Notes: generated by a model not told the origin, from the sequence alone. A DNA stretch of 62,404 nucleotides, filler included, from Asterionella formosa (GCA_002256025.1; 8 parts of 8 records of this genome joined end to end with filler, not necessarily neighbours in it); one strand, 5' to 3'; positions 35,186 through 47,947 are shown, counted from the first letter of the whole stretch. Numbers and translations: made by a program.

Positions 35186-35791
35186 TGTTCAAACAAATTA
35201 TATGATGGTTGGAATCATTTGGATGGTTTCGTATTTTTGTCAAATCGTGAAGGGAATGCGTCGAAAGATTCTGGTCTAACGCAGGATACATTCTTCAAGA
35301 TCGGAACTGTTTGGAGTAAAAAATCATTGACGATTTCCAGGAAGGAGAAGGTAAAAATGGAAAAAGCCGTAGTTAGCTTCTGCACCAGGAAACTTGTGCA
35401 GCATTCTTTTATGGAACAGAAAATATTAAATGAAACAGTTGGAAGAATTCAATTTGATTTCTTGAACAAAAAGGAAGTTGATACCTACATCCGGCATCAC
35501 AAATCCACCTCAGTTATTCTCCCTTTTAACTGGGAGTCAGTGTCATCAGATATTTCAGATGTTATAACCAATGAGAAATTCTTATTGTTTGTCAAGGCGT
35601 TTGAAAAAGCATTATAAATTAGAAATAATCTCAATTTTAAAAGATGAATGGTTTGTAAAACATTTATTTTTACGATGTACTCCTGCACATGAGCAGCTGT
35701 ACAGCTAGTACCAGCGGCATAAACACCAGATCTGGTACATGCCAGTGCTCCGATAATTGTACACTATTCATAATATTGTAGGTCACCTTTG

Positions 35792-37645
35792 TTAACAACA
35801 AGGTTTACATACAGGTTGTTGTTGATTGTTTGCCATCAGCTTAGACCATTGAATCCCATTCATCCGCCTGATTCTACCCTTAAACGTCAATAGCGGAATT
35901 CCAAGGCAGTCCTTGCATTTTTCCAATGCAATCAGGACCTCCACTTGAGTCAGAGGTAGCTGAAGGAAGACTTGGCTCTTTGCAGTTTCATCAAACCTCT
36001 TCATCAAAATCCTGAATTCGTCAACATACTGCATTCTTCATATATATCCACACCAAATAATCTTATCGCCATCACTTATGGTTGCAAAAGACACCTCCCA
36101 ATTTTCCAAATTTTTTAGTGGGTCTATCTTCTTCCCTTTATTTCCAAATTGCCACAGGCAATACTAAGCAATTGCAACAGTGCACAGTGGTAACTGCCAA
36201 CCAACCGGAACACGCCGCAATATTCCAGAATGTGGATGCAAGAACGATTCTGACTCAATTGAAGACTGCCTGAAAGTATCAACTTCTTTTTTAGCACCAT
36301 TCTGTTCATTGTTATCATTTCAGTACTGATTCCATTCAACTGTTCTTTAATCCCTTCTAGACTTGACCCAACAATCTTCTGAATTTACTCAACCATTCGA
36401 GACTCCGATAATTTAACTCCAATTTTCCGATCATCAAGCATTTTTCGAATTCCTTTAGCAGTAATGGCCCAAGTGCCTGTAGTTTGCCTCTTATACTCCT
36501 GATGGCTGCAAGATGGAAAACATGAGGAGGAAAACCTTTCAACTTCACAGCAAATTAGGATTCTTCCTTACATGAAAGTTATCGACTAACAATATGTTCA
36601 TCGAGTACAAAAACTCTTTTGATATGAAGATAGCTGCCTTACTCACTGCCCACTTGTCAGTAAAAAGTTGTTGGAGATATTTATTTTCTGTGGTGCAGGA
36701 TACATGCTAGTTCGTGAAATGAAAACACCATAACTTACCGGCGAATCAAGCTCTGTTTGCTTAACTCGTGCATTTGAATCATTGGGTTTCGAATCCAAAA
36801 GTTTGGTTCTGAAACAGCAAAACGAACAGACAGCACTGGCAATCCAGCCAATATTCGACCAACATAGTGGTCGCCTGCCTTTTCATAAACCATATAGACA
36901 TGTCATGTACTCAAACAATGCAGTTATTGGGCGAAATGCAAAATCTTCAGGTTTGGTGTAGCAGTGTTGGGACTTGAAATCCTTAGAGCCGCCATCTTGA
37001 TCATTTTTTGTGTGAGAAAATCGAAGCCCCAAAGCATCTTGACTCCAACCCAAATGCTTGATACAGACACCATCAGTACTATCAACACGAAAAATCAAAT
37101 TAAAAGGTAGACATAAAAATGCACATGCTAAAACAGCTGATGGAGAGACATCTTCAATCAACCATATGGTTATTTTTCGGTACAGGTCGATTGTCAATTC
37201 GCGTTTTCCCTCCTCAACGCTACCCATTCCATCTTGTTATGCCTTACTTGCAATTTGTTTGACACCAAAATCTTTCAGCTCATCATCAAAGTCGTCTATT
37301 GCCTTCATCTTATAATTTTTAAACAGGTTGTCAAGTGATGTTTTCTTGTTTTTATACAATCTGACTAAGTAGGCAGCCTGTCACTGGACTACTGAGGATA
37401 CCAAGATACTTTTCGAAGTCTGTAGGCTTCAAGTCCTCAAATTTAATTGGATGCAATCTTGTAGAGACTTCCCTTTCAATAAAACTGTGTATCACTGATT
37501 GTGCTTTCTTCAGATGAATGGGAATATTGTCAATATCATCAGTGATATATCTAATTTGTGCTAGCAATGCCGTTCCTATCAGCTGGTCCTCATGTTTATA
37601 TAGATATATGAGAAAGACTTTATGTTCAGACTGGTCTTGGTTCAT
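35792..37645 (-). pseudogene. Decayed Crypton (tyrosine-recombinase DNA transposon) ORF
   Basis: EGKRELTIDLY..AFLCLPFNLIFRVDST (catalytic Arg region), WSQDALGLRFSHTKNDQDG and HCYTKP..PITALFEY. After a frameshift: YMVYEKAGDHYVGRILAGLP..FA (catalytic Tyr region, ~36810-36900), then GFPPHV and GILRRVPVGWQLP..LWQFGN..PL. Multiple stops and frameshifts. Confidence 0.8.
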
Positions 37646-38630
37646 TGTTTATTTTGCTCTTGTAATCCTTTGATATTTGCTAAATTCATGAGCTGTAATG
37701 ACACTTCATTTCATTTGCTTCCTTCTTCGCTTTTCATGCATTGCATTCCCTAATACTTTTACATTGTTCTCCAATCTCTGGTGGTAAAATGCTATCCATG
37801 GTATGTGCATGCGCAGGTACCACTATGTCCTCTTGTCCTTGATTGGAATCATGTCTCCTCTCCTCATCTTGTTGTAGTTTTGCAATGTAGTTACATCATC
37901 TGGATCCATTAGGGTACAACCAAAATTTTCATAGCAATGGATGCATGTTGTTTTGAACTGAATGTCTGCTTCTTCACGCAAATGACCAAAAAGGTAATGT
38001 ATGCAATACCCAAATCCAGGGGCAGTCATGTACAGTTGACCTTTGTAGTACCTTCACTATGCATCTCTTTTGAGAAGCACAAACTACTTCTTCATTGTCT
38101 GACATGATATTTTGATGTGGCGGTGGGTCATTTCTATAAGTTAATTGTTGATTTGTTGTTGTTCTCAATTGCTGATGTTCATAAGAATGCATTGAGTCGA
38201 AACCCCTGCTATTGGCCATTAGCAGTAGCTAGTACAGTACTTTATGTCATGCATGTACTGCCAATTTGAATCCTACGATGGTATAAAATTGAACAGAGTT
38301 TATACATTTTTTTGGGGAAAAGTCTCCCCAAAAAGCCGCTGCTGACAGGGCCGCAGAAAATATACGTGTTAGAAGCAAGAGGGGAATATACGTCATCCTG
38401 GAAAAAGGGAGAATATCTCCCCCAAAATGTATCTGCTACATTTACGGGTGATAATGCTACATTTACATGGCAGGAAATAAGTTACCGGGTAGTGAGGCAT
38501 TGCAGAATCACCATCACTCATCTATTGCATTTCATGATGGGTTGTGGATCTGCCTCGCACCAAGTGCACCTTTAATATTGGACATTGCATATACTCTTCA
38601 TCGTTTAACGCGAACAGAGGACGCAGGCGA

Positions 38631-39617
38631 ATGAATTCCGACAACGACCTCATCGAGGCCGCTGAGATTCATTTCAGTGCTGATCGTTTACTACAAGCTG
38701 CACGCCTACTTCGGCAAGTAAAGGAAAACTCGTTATTTACAGCTCATCATGAATGGATTCTAAATAAAGCGACTGCTGTGGAATCAATAGTGGAGCAGCT
38801 AACGTCAGATCCAGGCGATGGTTGGTATAAGCAGGGCGAGTCTCATGGACACCGCGATACAATGATTTACTACCAAATGAACGGAAACAAGCTCACTGCT
38901 CGACTCGAGACACCCATTGAACCCGAGTTACTTGTTCCTTTACTAAGCGTGTTCAACGAATCTTCACTGTACAGTACCTGGCTTCCAAGATGGGAAAAAC
39001 CAATGAAGCTTGGAGTCCGTGAGTCAGATTTGCTGCGACAAACTGGACGTTGCACCCAGCTGATCAAGATAGTGTGCGATTGCCCTTGGCCTGTAGCAAC
39101 ACGAGAAGTGGTCATTGACGTCGTGGCAGTTGACGATATAGATGAAAACGGTGCAATTGTGGTTCGAATGGAGAACGGAAAACCCGAAGATGAAGATGTG
39201 CCTGCTGTCGCAGCGAACAGGACTAGGGTGGATTTTGATGGTGGGATTCTCTTTCGAAAGTGCCCCATCGACCACCCAGCATTCAAAAAATCGACAAACA
39301 AGAATGAAAGTGAAATGATCTTGGTATGCCTCTCTATGCATACAGATCCACATATTGCTTTTGTACCACCAGCACTCATCAATTTTGTTACAAGATCTGT
39401 TCTTGGAAAGATGTGGGAGCAACTTTTGAAAGTCGCAGAAGAGGTTCTGGATGGAAGTCGGCCCCAGCATGCTGCTGCAATTATGGAAAAACGGGAATTA
39501 CTTTATGATTGGGTCGATGAGCGCGCAAATGCCATGCTCACAAGACTAGCCACCACAAAGGAGATGCCTGTCAACCTCGACACAGAAGTGAGCACACTAT
39601 TAAAGGAGATGTTGTAG
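38631..39617 (+). CDS. START/SRPBCC-like lipid-binding domain protein
   Basis: From ATG 38631. LLSVFNESSLYSTWLP, CPWPVATREVV and DPHIAFVPPALINFVTR fit the START-like fold pattern. Confidence 0.8.
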   Translation: MNSDNDLIEAAEIHFSADRLLQAARLLRQVKENSLFTAHHEWILNKATAVESIVEQLTSDPGDGWYKQGESHGHRDTMIYYQMNGNKLTARLETPIEPELLVPLLSVFNESSLYSTWLPRWEKPMKLGVRESDLLRQTGRCTQLIKIVCDCPWPVATREVVIDVVAVDDIDENGAIVVRMENGKPEDEDVPAVAANRTRVDFDGGILFRKCPIDHPAFKKSTNKNESEMILVCLSMHTDPHIAFVPPALINFVTRSVLGKMWEQLLKVAEEVLDGSRPQHAAAIMEKRELLYDWVDERANAMLTRLATTKEMPVNLDTEVSTLLKEML

Positions 39618-40241
39618 GTGATCTAAGATGGTGCAACTTTATAAAAATGTTTCAGAGAAGACATTTTTTTCTCAATGTGGGAAAATGAGCAATCCGTACA
39701 GGAGCATTAACCTACCTCGTTCCAACTGCTATCTTTATTTATTAGAGCGTTCGAAATGTCGATTTTGTCAACTCCATTATTATTTATATATAATAGGCTC
39801 ATCCTTAGTTCTACTGATAATCTACCTTCTAGTTGAGAATTGCCAGATTTCAGGTACTCCGTAGTTCGAATGTCTGCCTTGTGGGCAGCAGCTGTGGAGT
39901 ACCAGGTACTCCCTGGAGTACTAAGTACCATCATCAGGTCTTGCTTTACCTATTACAAAGTAACAGTAAGCACATCGAAGTTGCTTCCCAACGATGCATA
40001 AAAGTCAATGCAAATCTTTATTGACGTGATGTTGGCAGATACTACGGAGGGATCCATACAACTTGTGAAGGTAAACCACAAAAAAACTTAAACGCATGAG
40101 ATCAAGAGAACATTGGTGCTACAGTTTGCATTTTGACACAAGCGCATGGTGCGTTACAATACTCCAAGAAAATCAGTAAATCTCTCAATGTCAAGGTTAC
40201 AAAAGAAAACAGGAGGAATGAAGGCAAGAATATCGCGCAAG

Positions 40242-41765
40242 CTAGACGCCACAACACCACGACTCTTTAGTGTCAACAGTTTCGTCCGTAGACTCATGTC
40301 CCATGTATAGGTTTCGAGCACCCTTGCAGAGGATCCAAAAGTTCGCACAACCACACAACCAGCCAGCTAAAATTCCACAGCTTCCACGGTCTTCATTTAC
40401 GTCAAGTGACACATCCTTGGAAGTAGTTCGATCGCAAACATTCACGCGAGTGTAGTATTCCTTGAAATCCTGAAAGTCCATCCAGAACGACCCGTCGTCA
40501 GCGTCCACAAATTTTACCTGCTTGGCAATAAGAGGGTACTTTTTCCAGAGCTTTGACTTGTCGGACCAAGCTCCTTTCCACTCGAAGGTCCCCCAGGGAT
40601 TGCGGAGCTGCACGAGTCGAAACTTTTCAGCTGCTCCCATTTGGGGGGCGCTCAACTTCACGCCCCCTACGTCAAGTTTGGAAGTATTGGTCACCTCTTT
40701 GGCTTGAATAACGCTATATGCATGGCCTGCGACGAGTCCCTCTTGTTCCAACATTTGTTCACCATTCAATCCGTGACCTTTCTTGTCCTTATCCTTCTTT
40801 TCCTTTTTAACTTTCTTCTTGTCCTTAACTTTCCCCTTTTCTTTTTCGTCGTAGTCCACCTTTCCGATCGAAGCTGACAAAAGTGCCTTTTGCTTGTCAT
40901 ACTTCTTCAAGAGCACCCACAAATTGTCATCGGTGTATACTTCTTTTGTCTTGCGAAAGCCACAAGCACGTTTGTCGTTTTTGTCTTTTATAGCCACCAT
41001 ATCTTCCCGGTACCACGAACCGTCGGGGTTGCGTGACATTTGGAAGACATTGTCGCCCGTCATGCTGTGCCATCCCCAGAGGACGAATCCTCCATCCAGA
41101 GCAGCGTAGCTACCACAAAACTTGGCGTAGACTTTTTCCAATATGATTGCCCATAGTTCACTGCCGTTAGGCTGCATGAACCTTGGTGTTTTTGTGCCTT
41201 TCTTACAAGGAATTCTGTCGTCCACAGTCACGATAACAAATTTTTCTTGAGTCGGATCGTAAATGCGCACACGATATTTGCCGCGAGGATTGTATTCCTT
41301 CGTGACAAACAAGTTTCGAATGGCATCAGGAAACTCAGCCGCACAGGCAATGGCCGCTACTAGCCAGCAGTCCCCAACCGCGCCCTGGCACAGATCCGCA
41401 GGCTCGATGGATCCCTCGAAGAGCTGTGGTGTTTTACCCTTGAACTGCACCAATTCGTGCGCCCGAACCCAGTCGGTGTTTTGGGCCATTTGTTTGGCTG
41501 ATTCCTTCTTCGGGTCGTTGGCACCGTGGTCGCCCAATGCTTTGGCTCCGAAAAAATCATCGTCAACGTGTGGCCATCCAAAGCAGCAGCATAGATAGTG
41601 GTGAATGGGCTGGGCCAGGCGAAAGAACAAGATTTGGACGCACGGCAGACAATATATGAAGATGCTCCTCACAAAGAGACCGACGGTGCATACCAATGGG
41701 CAGCACACGATGTTCCACAACGTGGGCGCCTGCGCATCGTAGATCTGCTTGACGGTGGGAGCCAT
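40242..41765 (-). CDS. Calpain-family cysteine protease (peptidase C2 catalytic domain only)
   Basis: Complete triad motifs CQGAVGDCW, GHAYS and LRNPWG; also ELWAIILEKVYAKFCGSY and DDGSFWM. Cys-rich hydrophobic N-terminus; C-terminal WCCGV. Confidence 0.95.
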   Translation of the reverse strand: MAPTVKQIYDAQAPTLWNIVCCPLVCTVGLFVRSIFIYCLPCVQILFFRLAQPIHHYLCCCFGWPHVDDDFFGAKALGDHGANDPKKESAKQMAQNTDWVRAHELVQFKGKTPQLFEGSIEPADLCQGAVGDCWLVAAIACAAEFPDAIRNLFVTKEYNPRGKYRVRIYDPTQEKFVIVTVDDRIPCKKGTKTPRFMQPNGSELWAIILEKVYAKFCGSYAALDGGFVLWGWHSMTGDNVFQMSRNPDGSWYREDMVAIKDKNDKRACGFRKTKEVYTDDNLWVLLKKYDKQKALLSASIGKVDYDEKEKGKVKDKKKVKKEKKDKDKKGHGLNGEQMLEQEGLVAGHAYSVIQAKEVTNTSKLDVGGVKLSAPQMGAAEKFRLVQLRNPWGTFEWKGAWSDKSKLWKKYPLIAKQVKFVDADDGSFWMDFQDFKEYYTRVNVCDRTTSKDVSLDVNEDRGSCGILAGWLCGCANFWILCKGARNLYMGHESTDETVDTKESWCCGV

Positions 41766-42168
41766 TTTTTACTGACCTTCGTTGCTCGCTCACAGATCAA
41801 TTCGACAGGTGGATACCAGTTTTACTGACAAACGTCAAAATGATGATGAAGGATTTGATGCCAGTACCGTAGTCGCTTTCTTGATTCGGCTTGTTCTGTG
41901 GCAAAACAACTCCTGTCGTTGTAATAGTCTACAGGTATACATAAATTATTTGTGATATCGTCATGGGCATCAAGTCCTGGATCCAAGATCTTGGCTCTAT
42001 TGTTTTTGCTATGTACTCCGAGTACCTAGTACCAGTACCACCACCCCTGAAACGGGAAGCTACTGGTACCAGGTACCGGTACGCGGCAATCATGCATATT
42101 TTTTTACCGGAACAGAGATAATGAATACATACACACATGACATGTATACACCGGTCGTATCAGAAATC

Positions 42169-42263
42169 CCTGCAAGTTGCGGTAATTTTGCTGAAACTAA
42201 AGATTCCACATTTTTTATCCCAGATTAAAATGTTTATTTTAAAAAAAGCCCGCAACTTGCTGG
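42169..42263. mobile_element. ~95-bp MITE with CC(T/A)GCAAGTTGCGG inverted termini
   Basis: CCTGCAAGTTGCGG (42169-42182) versus CCGCAACTTGCTGG|TA (42250-42265): 13/14 match. The left TA is not intact. Confidence 0.6.
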
Positions 42264-42443
42264 TACATGCATAGGTATCTGTATTGCAAACAATGCCCGG
42301 GTATTATATAAAGTAAGTAAAAGTATCGGGATATAGGTACCAGGGTACCCGTTGTATACATACTTAGCTACAGCTACTACCAGGTACCCTGTAGACCATA
42401 GAATCTTCAATCTCGGCATTCAACCGGTTTCTTGTCAGTGCAT

Positions 42444-42600
42444 AGGGCCGTTCTTAAAAATCATTTTCGATTTGGTGTTATTTTTTGAAAAAGTATCATT
42501 CAATGGCTACTCACTTTAAACTGAAAAAATTCCATTCTCCACAAAAACGAAAACAAAATTGTGTCACCAAAAAGTATCACGAAAATGCAATGATTACAGG
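42444..42600 (+). mobile_element. Terminus homologous to the Harbinger left end at 51163
   Basis: CATAGGGCCGTTCTTA..TTTTTTGAAAAAGTATCA..AACTGAA matches CATAGGGTCGTTCTTA..TTTTTTGAAAATGTATCA..AACTGAA at 51160-51250. Confidence 0.65.
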
Positions 42601-45600
42601 CTGGCTACAATCATGTCATGTGCATAGCCCTCCAGACTATTTTGATAGTTTTCCAGTACTAAAACCGTGTAGGAAATCTATGCATATTATGCACCAGTAT
42701 AGAATCTGTAGTTGATATATCTGCTAAACTCTTGATGCAACATCAAGCAGGAGTTCAAAAGCGAGCGGCAGCAATGGTCAAACTGCTGTGGACTGGTGGT
42801 GCCCGCCATAACAGTACCAGTCACCACTCCAACCAAAGGTAGGGCCAAAACATCGACTGCCGCCATGGCCACTGCTCCTTCCAGTGTTGCTTTGTTTGCA
42901 TTTGGGGAGCTGCATGCTGAGTAAGCTCAAATTTGCCTCGTCTTTTGACTTGCTCACATGGTCTAGTAACCAAATTCTCCCCGTATGTGCAGATACTAAA
43001 AATTTTGTCTGGAGTTCTTTGTTAACATAGACCTGCCCTCACCGTCGAACAGATTCTATATAAGTCGCAAAGACTACGGTGTTAGATCCCGGATTTCCTT
43101 AACCATTACCCATTCATAGATATTTCAAAAGCGAGGATGATGACAACAATAAAAGGGATGTTTTGTTTGTAGCATCATCAAATGCAAAAAGCCTTGAAAA
43201 CCGCTCTAAAAGAAACCCAGGTTTTTGTACAAGAGCTTTCTCATGATAAAGGCGAGCGAAATTGACACGTTTCCCCGTCCACAGAGCAGAGACATTGCTG
43301 TTTCTGTAACAAAAGAATGTCTTCGTTTGTGAATGAAAAATGCGTTAGGCCTAACACCTTGGCTCTATTATCGACTGCCCCAAAATTATCGCAGTATGAT
43401 GATCACACATAAAAGTTATTGATCATACGAAAAAGTTACTGATCAATATATTTTTGCGTGTTTAATCATAAAAATATGTATGTATGATTATATAAATATT
43501 GTTTTTTTAATCAAACAGTTTTTGTTGTTGCATCATTAATTGTACTGTTTGTATTATACATTGAATGTATTTATAGATCAATAAATTCTAAACTCATTGC
43601 TCAAATCATGGAATCATCGTTATTACAGAACTGTTACTGTTTTTTCAAGTAATTTTTCAATTTTACGATTTAAAGATAAAATTGATCTCTTGATTAACAT
43701 TTGGAAAGCTTTGAACAAATGGAATATTTTCGACCTAACGTTTTCATTTCTACAGATCTAAGGAAATCCAACCATTGGTCAAGCATATTATCATGTTTGA
43801 TCAATAATAAACATTAATCGAGTTAAATGGATGCATTGATATTTAATGATATACTCTGTATATTTTATGCTGTCACACATTCATTCCCACTGTACATCCT
43901 TCAACATTTCACTCCAGTTCCAATAATGACATTTGTTGAATCAATTGCGTTGACTTGTATCCTCATTTACTTTGAAAGCAAACTCAAATTCTCGAACCTT
44001 CTTGTATATTTTTCTTGTAGTAGAAGGTTAGAACAAAGTTAGCGAAAGTGTTTCAATCAGTAAACCATCTCCATAAATGCAACTAAAGAATCACACATTT
44101 TATAATCACAAGCGCTCTTCTTTATACGCAAGTGCACCAAGACGACATCGTAACTTCTGCGCAAAAGCACTTTCTTACACGCAAACGTCAAGCGAAAAAA
44201 TCAATAACAAGCAAGCAAGGGCTTTACATCAGCATAATTGAAGAAAAAAATTACAGAACTTCGCGCCCCAATAGTCATATGAACAGCTAATGAGCATATA
44301 ACTTACACCTGCTTTCATGATTGATTGATAGGTGACAGGGTATCAAACCTCATTCTCGCATCTGCAGGTAGGGAAGGGAGTTTTTATGAATTTCGAATTC
44401 CTTTGTAGTACACATCTATCATTAATGAAATATGTTTCATGTCAATTTTCATTTCGCCATCAGTTTGTGTGAAGTAGAGGTACTTTTATCAATTTCGCAA
44501 TCATTTATCAAAATTTCCAATACTTCAAAATCTATTTATCATTTAATACATCTATGAATGTTTATAACCTAATTCAAAGGAACATTCAATATAATACAGG
44601 TATGAATGATAAGATAAAATTTTCAAGACTTGTTGGAAAAACCTCGAACGTCCTTGTTGGTAATCGTATCCCTGGTAAGAAATAGTGCATAAGTGTTATT
44701 GGTACCACCCGCCACCAGCACATAATTTTGAAGTATACTGGTACTTACATGATACAGACAGTACAGTAAGTCACCGCTATTCAACATACTAGAATAAATT
44801 ATCAATATGGACACGATAGGTATTTTATCATGATCAAACACATAACGTATTTAAATCGTTATGTACTCGTATTAAATCATCGAAGTAAGAAACGTAAATG
44901 AATGATCAATTTATAATTCTTCATGACCAAACGCACCCACCAGGTAGCTTTTATTGTTGGTGCGCCAAAAATGAAAGTAGTATAGCGGTGGATATTTTTT
45001 CAAGCTTTAATTTTGAAACATCTATATTTTTATACTCCTACTTCGTTATCATCATGTGGAACAAGGGAACAAAAAGAACTGGTAGACGTGTTGGTGAGAA
45101 CATGTCTCAAAAGAAGTTTCAAAACAGCAATCATGATGACAATTCTCTGAGAAAAGGCTTCCCAGTCGTCATGTCAAAGACAAAATACTGTTGGTTACAG
45201 CAACGTTAACTAGATGGTCTGACTATGCAATTCATGCTTATGAAGACTATGCGAATAATACAACATCTGTAGAGAAGGAACAACCTCATCATCAAGATCC
45301 AGATTCTGACGAAGATGATATTTCATTACTGTTGACTCCTGGTAACAAGAAGATGCCGCCTTTCTATCCACCCCTTCAAGGAAGACATAGGGAGCGATGC
45401 ACTAGTCAACGATAATCCAAAGACAAATATTATAGAGTTACAGCTCGCAACAGGTGATTATCGAAAGTATATCTTACCATTCCGTCTTAGACAATGCTCA
45501 ACGCATGCATGCTGTGCTTACAATATTACCTGGTACCAGGTACCCGGTATGTGAGGATGGGCTGCATAGCTCTATGGAGAGGAGTACCCACCAAAAAACT

Positions 45601-47061
45601 GAGGGCCATCCTTATTTCTTTTTTACTGAGAGTCATCCTTAAACAGGATAATTGCACGTTTTGGGACGAATATTAGAGATACGATGATTCTGTTTCAGAA
45701 AAAGTTGTTCCTTGGCATGCATGGAGGAGCAGTGTTCATGCTTGTAAGCTGAGCTAAATAGGTCGAAAGGTAGCTGTTGCCAAAATTTGGGTCAAATCAG
45801 ATTGCCCTATTGAGCCGGCAATGCATTTTTTGATACCTAGAGCACATTTCAGCTTGTTTAATTTTTAGTGACTCTTTATTAATTGTTTAGTTTCTTTATT
45901 TATTGACTTCGATTGATCATGAATGTCACATGGAGTGCTGTTGCTCCGGCCTGTTTATCATGCATAAATACGACGATCAGCTTAGTTTACTATTTCATGC
46001 TATAAATCACGGAGGTGATGATGATGATCAAACAGAAGTCGCTGGTCGTGCCTATGAGCGCACGAAGATTTTACGAAGTACATGAAAATTTGTAAGCACT
46101 GATGGCAGAAGCTTTTCGTGTGGGAATTGCAATGCAAAGCTGATGTAGGATATGCACCAATTATCGAAATTAACTATAGTGAACAAATGAAGTTGATCAA
46201 ATTGTAACTTTATAATTATTGTGAGCTCTATAACTATCACTTCTGAACAGGCAGCCATCGTCCAACGACTCCGCAAAACAAAACGGCCATCGCCAACACA
46301 ATTCAACTCAAAAAGGGAACATAAAAATAACCGCAGCGAATGCGAGAATTGAGTTGAAAAATCCATCTAACTGCATTTCTCCCTCTTGAATACAAATATG
46401 ATCATCGCCCAGGTCCGTAGCATGAAGATACATCATAACCCTTGAAATAAGATGATGGCGTTGCAACAGATCAGAAAGTATCCGATTCAACCTAAATAAA
46501 AACGCACTCAGCCGAAACAAAAGAATTCAAATCAAATAATGGACTGATGACTGTCAAAACATAGATCAATCGGACCCCGGAGAATAATGCCGACAATAAA
46601 GGAGCAGTGCATGTGCCCAAAAGAACACCGTATTCTCACATACCGGTGTATAATTTTTATGCAACTGAAAAAATCATATACTTTGCTGGCATTATCGTAG
46701 CAACCATTGAAAAATGAAAATTGTTGATTTTCTAATATGAAGCTTCTTTATTATAAGTGCTTTTGAGTAGAATAGATTGTTCGCTAGTATATTATGAAAC
46801 GAATTTCATTGCAGCTTGTATATTCATTTAGATATAGTCGAATATGTAAATTCGGAAAACTCACAATGGCGCTCGACACTAACAATGATTTCTCGATCCC
46901 TCTCGGTCGCATTAGGACGCAACAGTTTTGAACAGATGCGCCGTCCTACTTTATAAGACAAACGACGTCTACAACATCAAGAACAAGCCTGATTACAGGA
47001 CACACAAGCAAGCGTCCACAACAAGCAAACAATAGCCAACAATCACGAAAGCACCATAGTG

Positions 47062-47220
47062 ACAACAATACCAGAAGATCTCACAGCCAAGAACCAACAC
47101 AGGGCATAATGAAGCACAAGACTGTTTTCACAACACACTAGTGCCCACAACAAACAGCAACCAACAAGCACAATGGTACCGGAGGGTCTCACTGCCAAGA
47201 ACCAACACAAGGCATAATGA
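47062..47220. repeat. A/C-skewed direct repeat pair (108-bp spacing)
   Basis: CTCAC(A/T)GCCAAGAACCAACACA(G/A)GGCATAATGA at 47080-47112 and 47188-47220. Confidence 0.8.
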
Positions 47221-47947
47221 TAATAACATCTATGAGTTCATAAAGAAATACATTGCTAACATAGACTGCTCCTTTACATTGTAACTTCAATGGCGATTTG
47301 GTTGTTTGATTGATTTCGACTAGAAATAGAACAGCTTTCCTAGCAAATATGACATACGGTCACATGCAACATGATACATGAAAAATACGCAACAAAGCTA
47401 GTAAATTCTGGTCCCACTATACTGTCTCTAATTTTGTATAGGCAAACTCACCTGTTTACTGTAACAGTCATACATAGTCTCCAATGGATCCAAAGAGACA
47501 GGCCTACCTGTTGCCTTTGAATGACTGTCGTTTTTAGATCCGTAGTAGTGGTCTTAAAAGTTACCGGTATGGTCATTTGAAAGTCACTAGCTGTGTCGTG
47601 TTAAAGATTTTTAGGGGTAGTAAATCAATTTTGACCAATGATTACTACCGGTATATGAACAAGTCTTAAAAAGTACTTTGAGGTTTTATGAACAAGCCTC
47701 GTCAAAAAACTCGGGGAAACTACTGGAGCAAAACAAGTTTTAGCTTTAACAATAAACCCGGAAAAGTGAAAAAAATTGACTACCGGGTACGGGCGTTGTT
47801 GCATTTGCCTCAACCAATGATTGATGCTGGTGGAAGGCAGGTTAGAGACATTTGACTATTTGTATGTTCGCATCGATGCAATTTGACTTCACCGCATTGG
47901 TGTGCTAGTTCGAGGTAGATTTGAAACTGCATGGTCCTAACTGAGAA

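Noticed and set aside
35069..35617. 182-aa ORF as a host gene
   Set aside because: It begins inside a non-coding repeat terminus and has no recognised domain. It could be element cargo but is unsupported.
43331..43750. Weak inverted repeat around a very AT-rich 400-bp tract
   Set aside because: The match is short and gapped, with no TSD or second copy.
44898..45830. Decayed gene-like frames
   Set aside because: Fragmentary, with no motif recognised.
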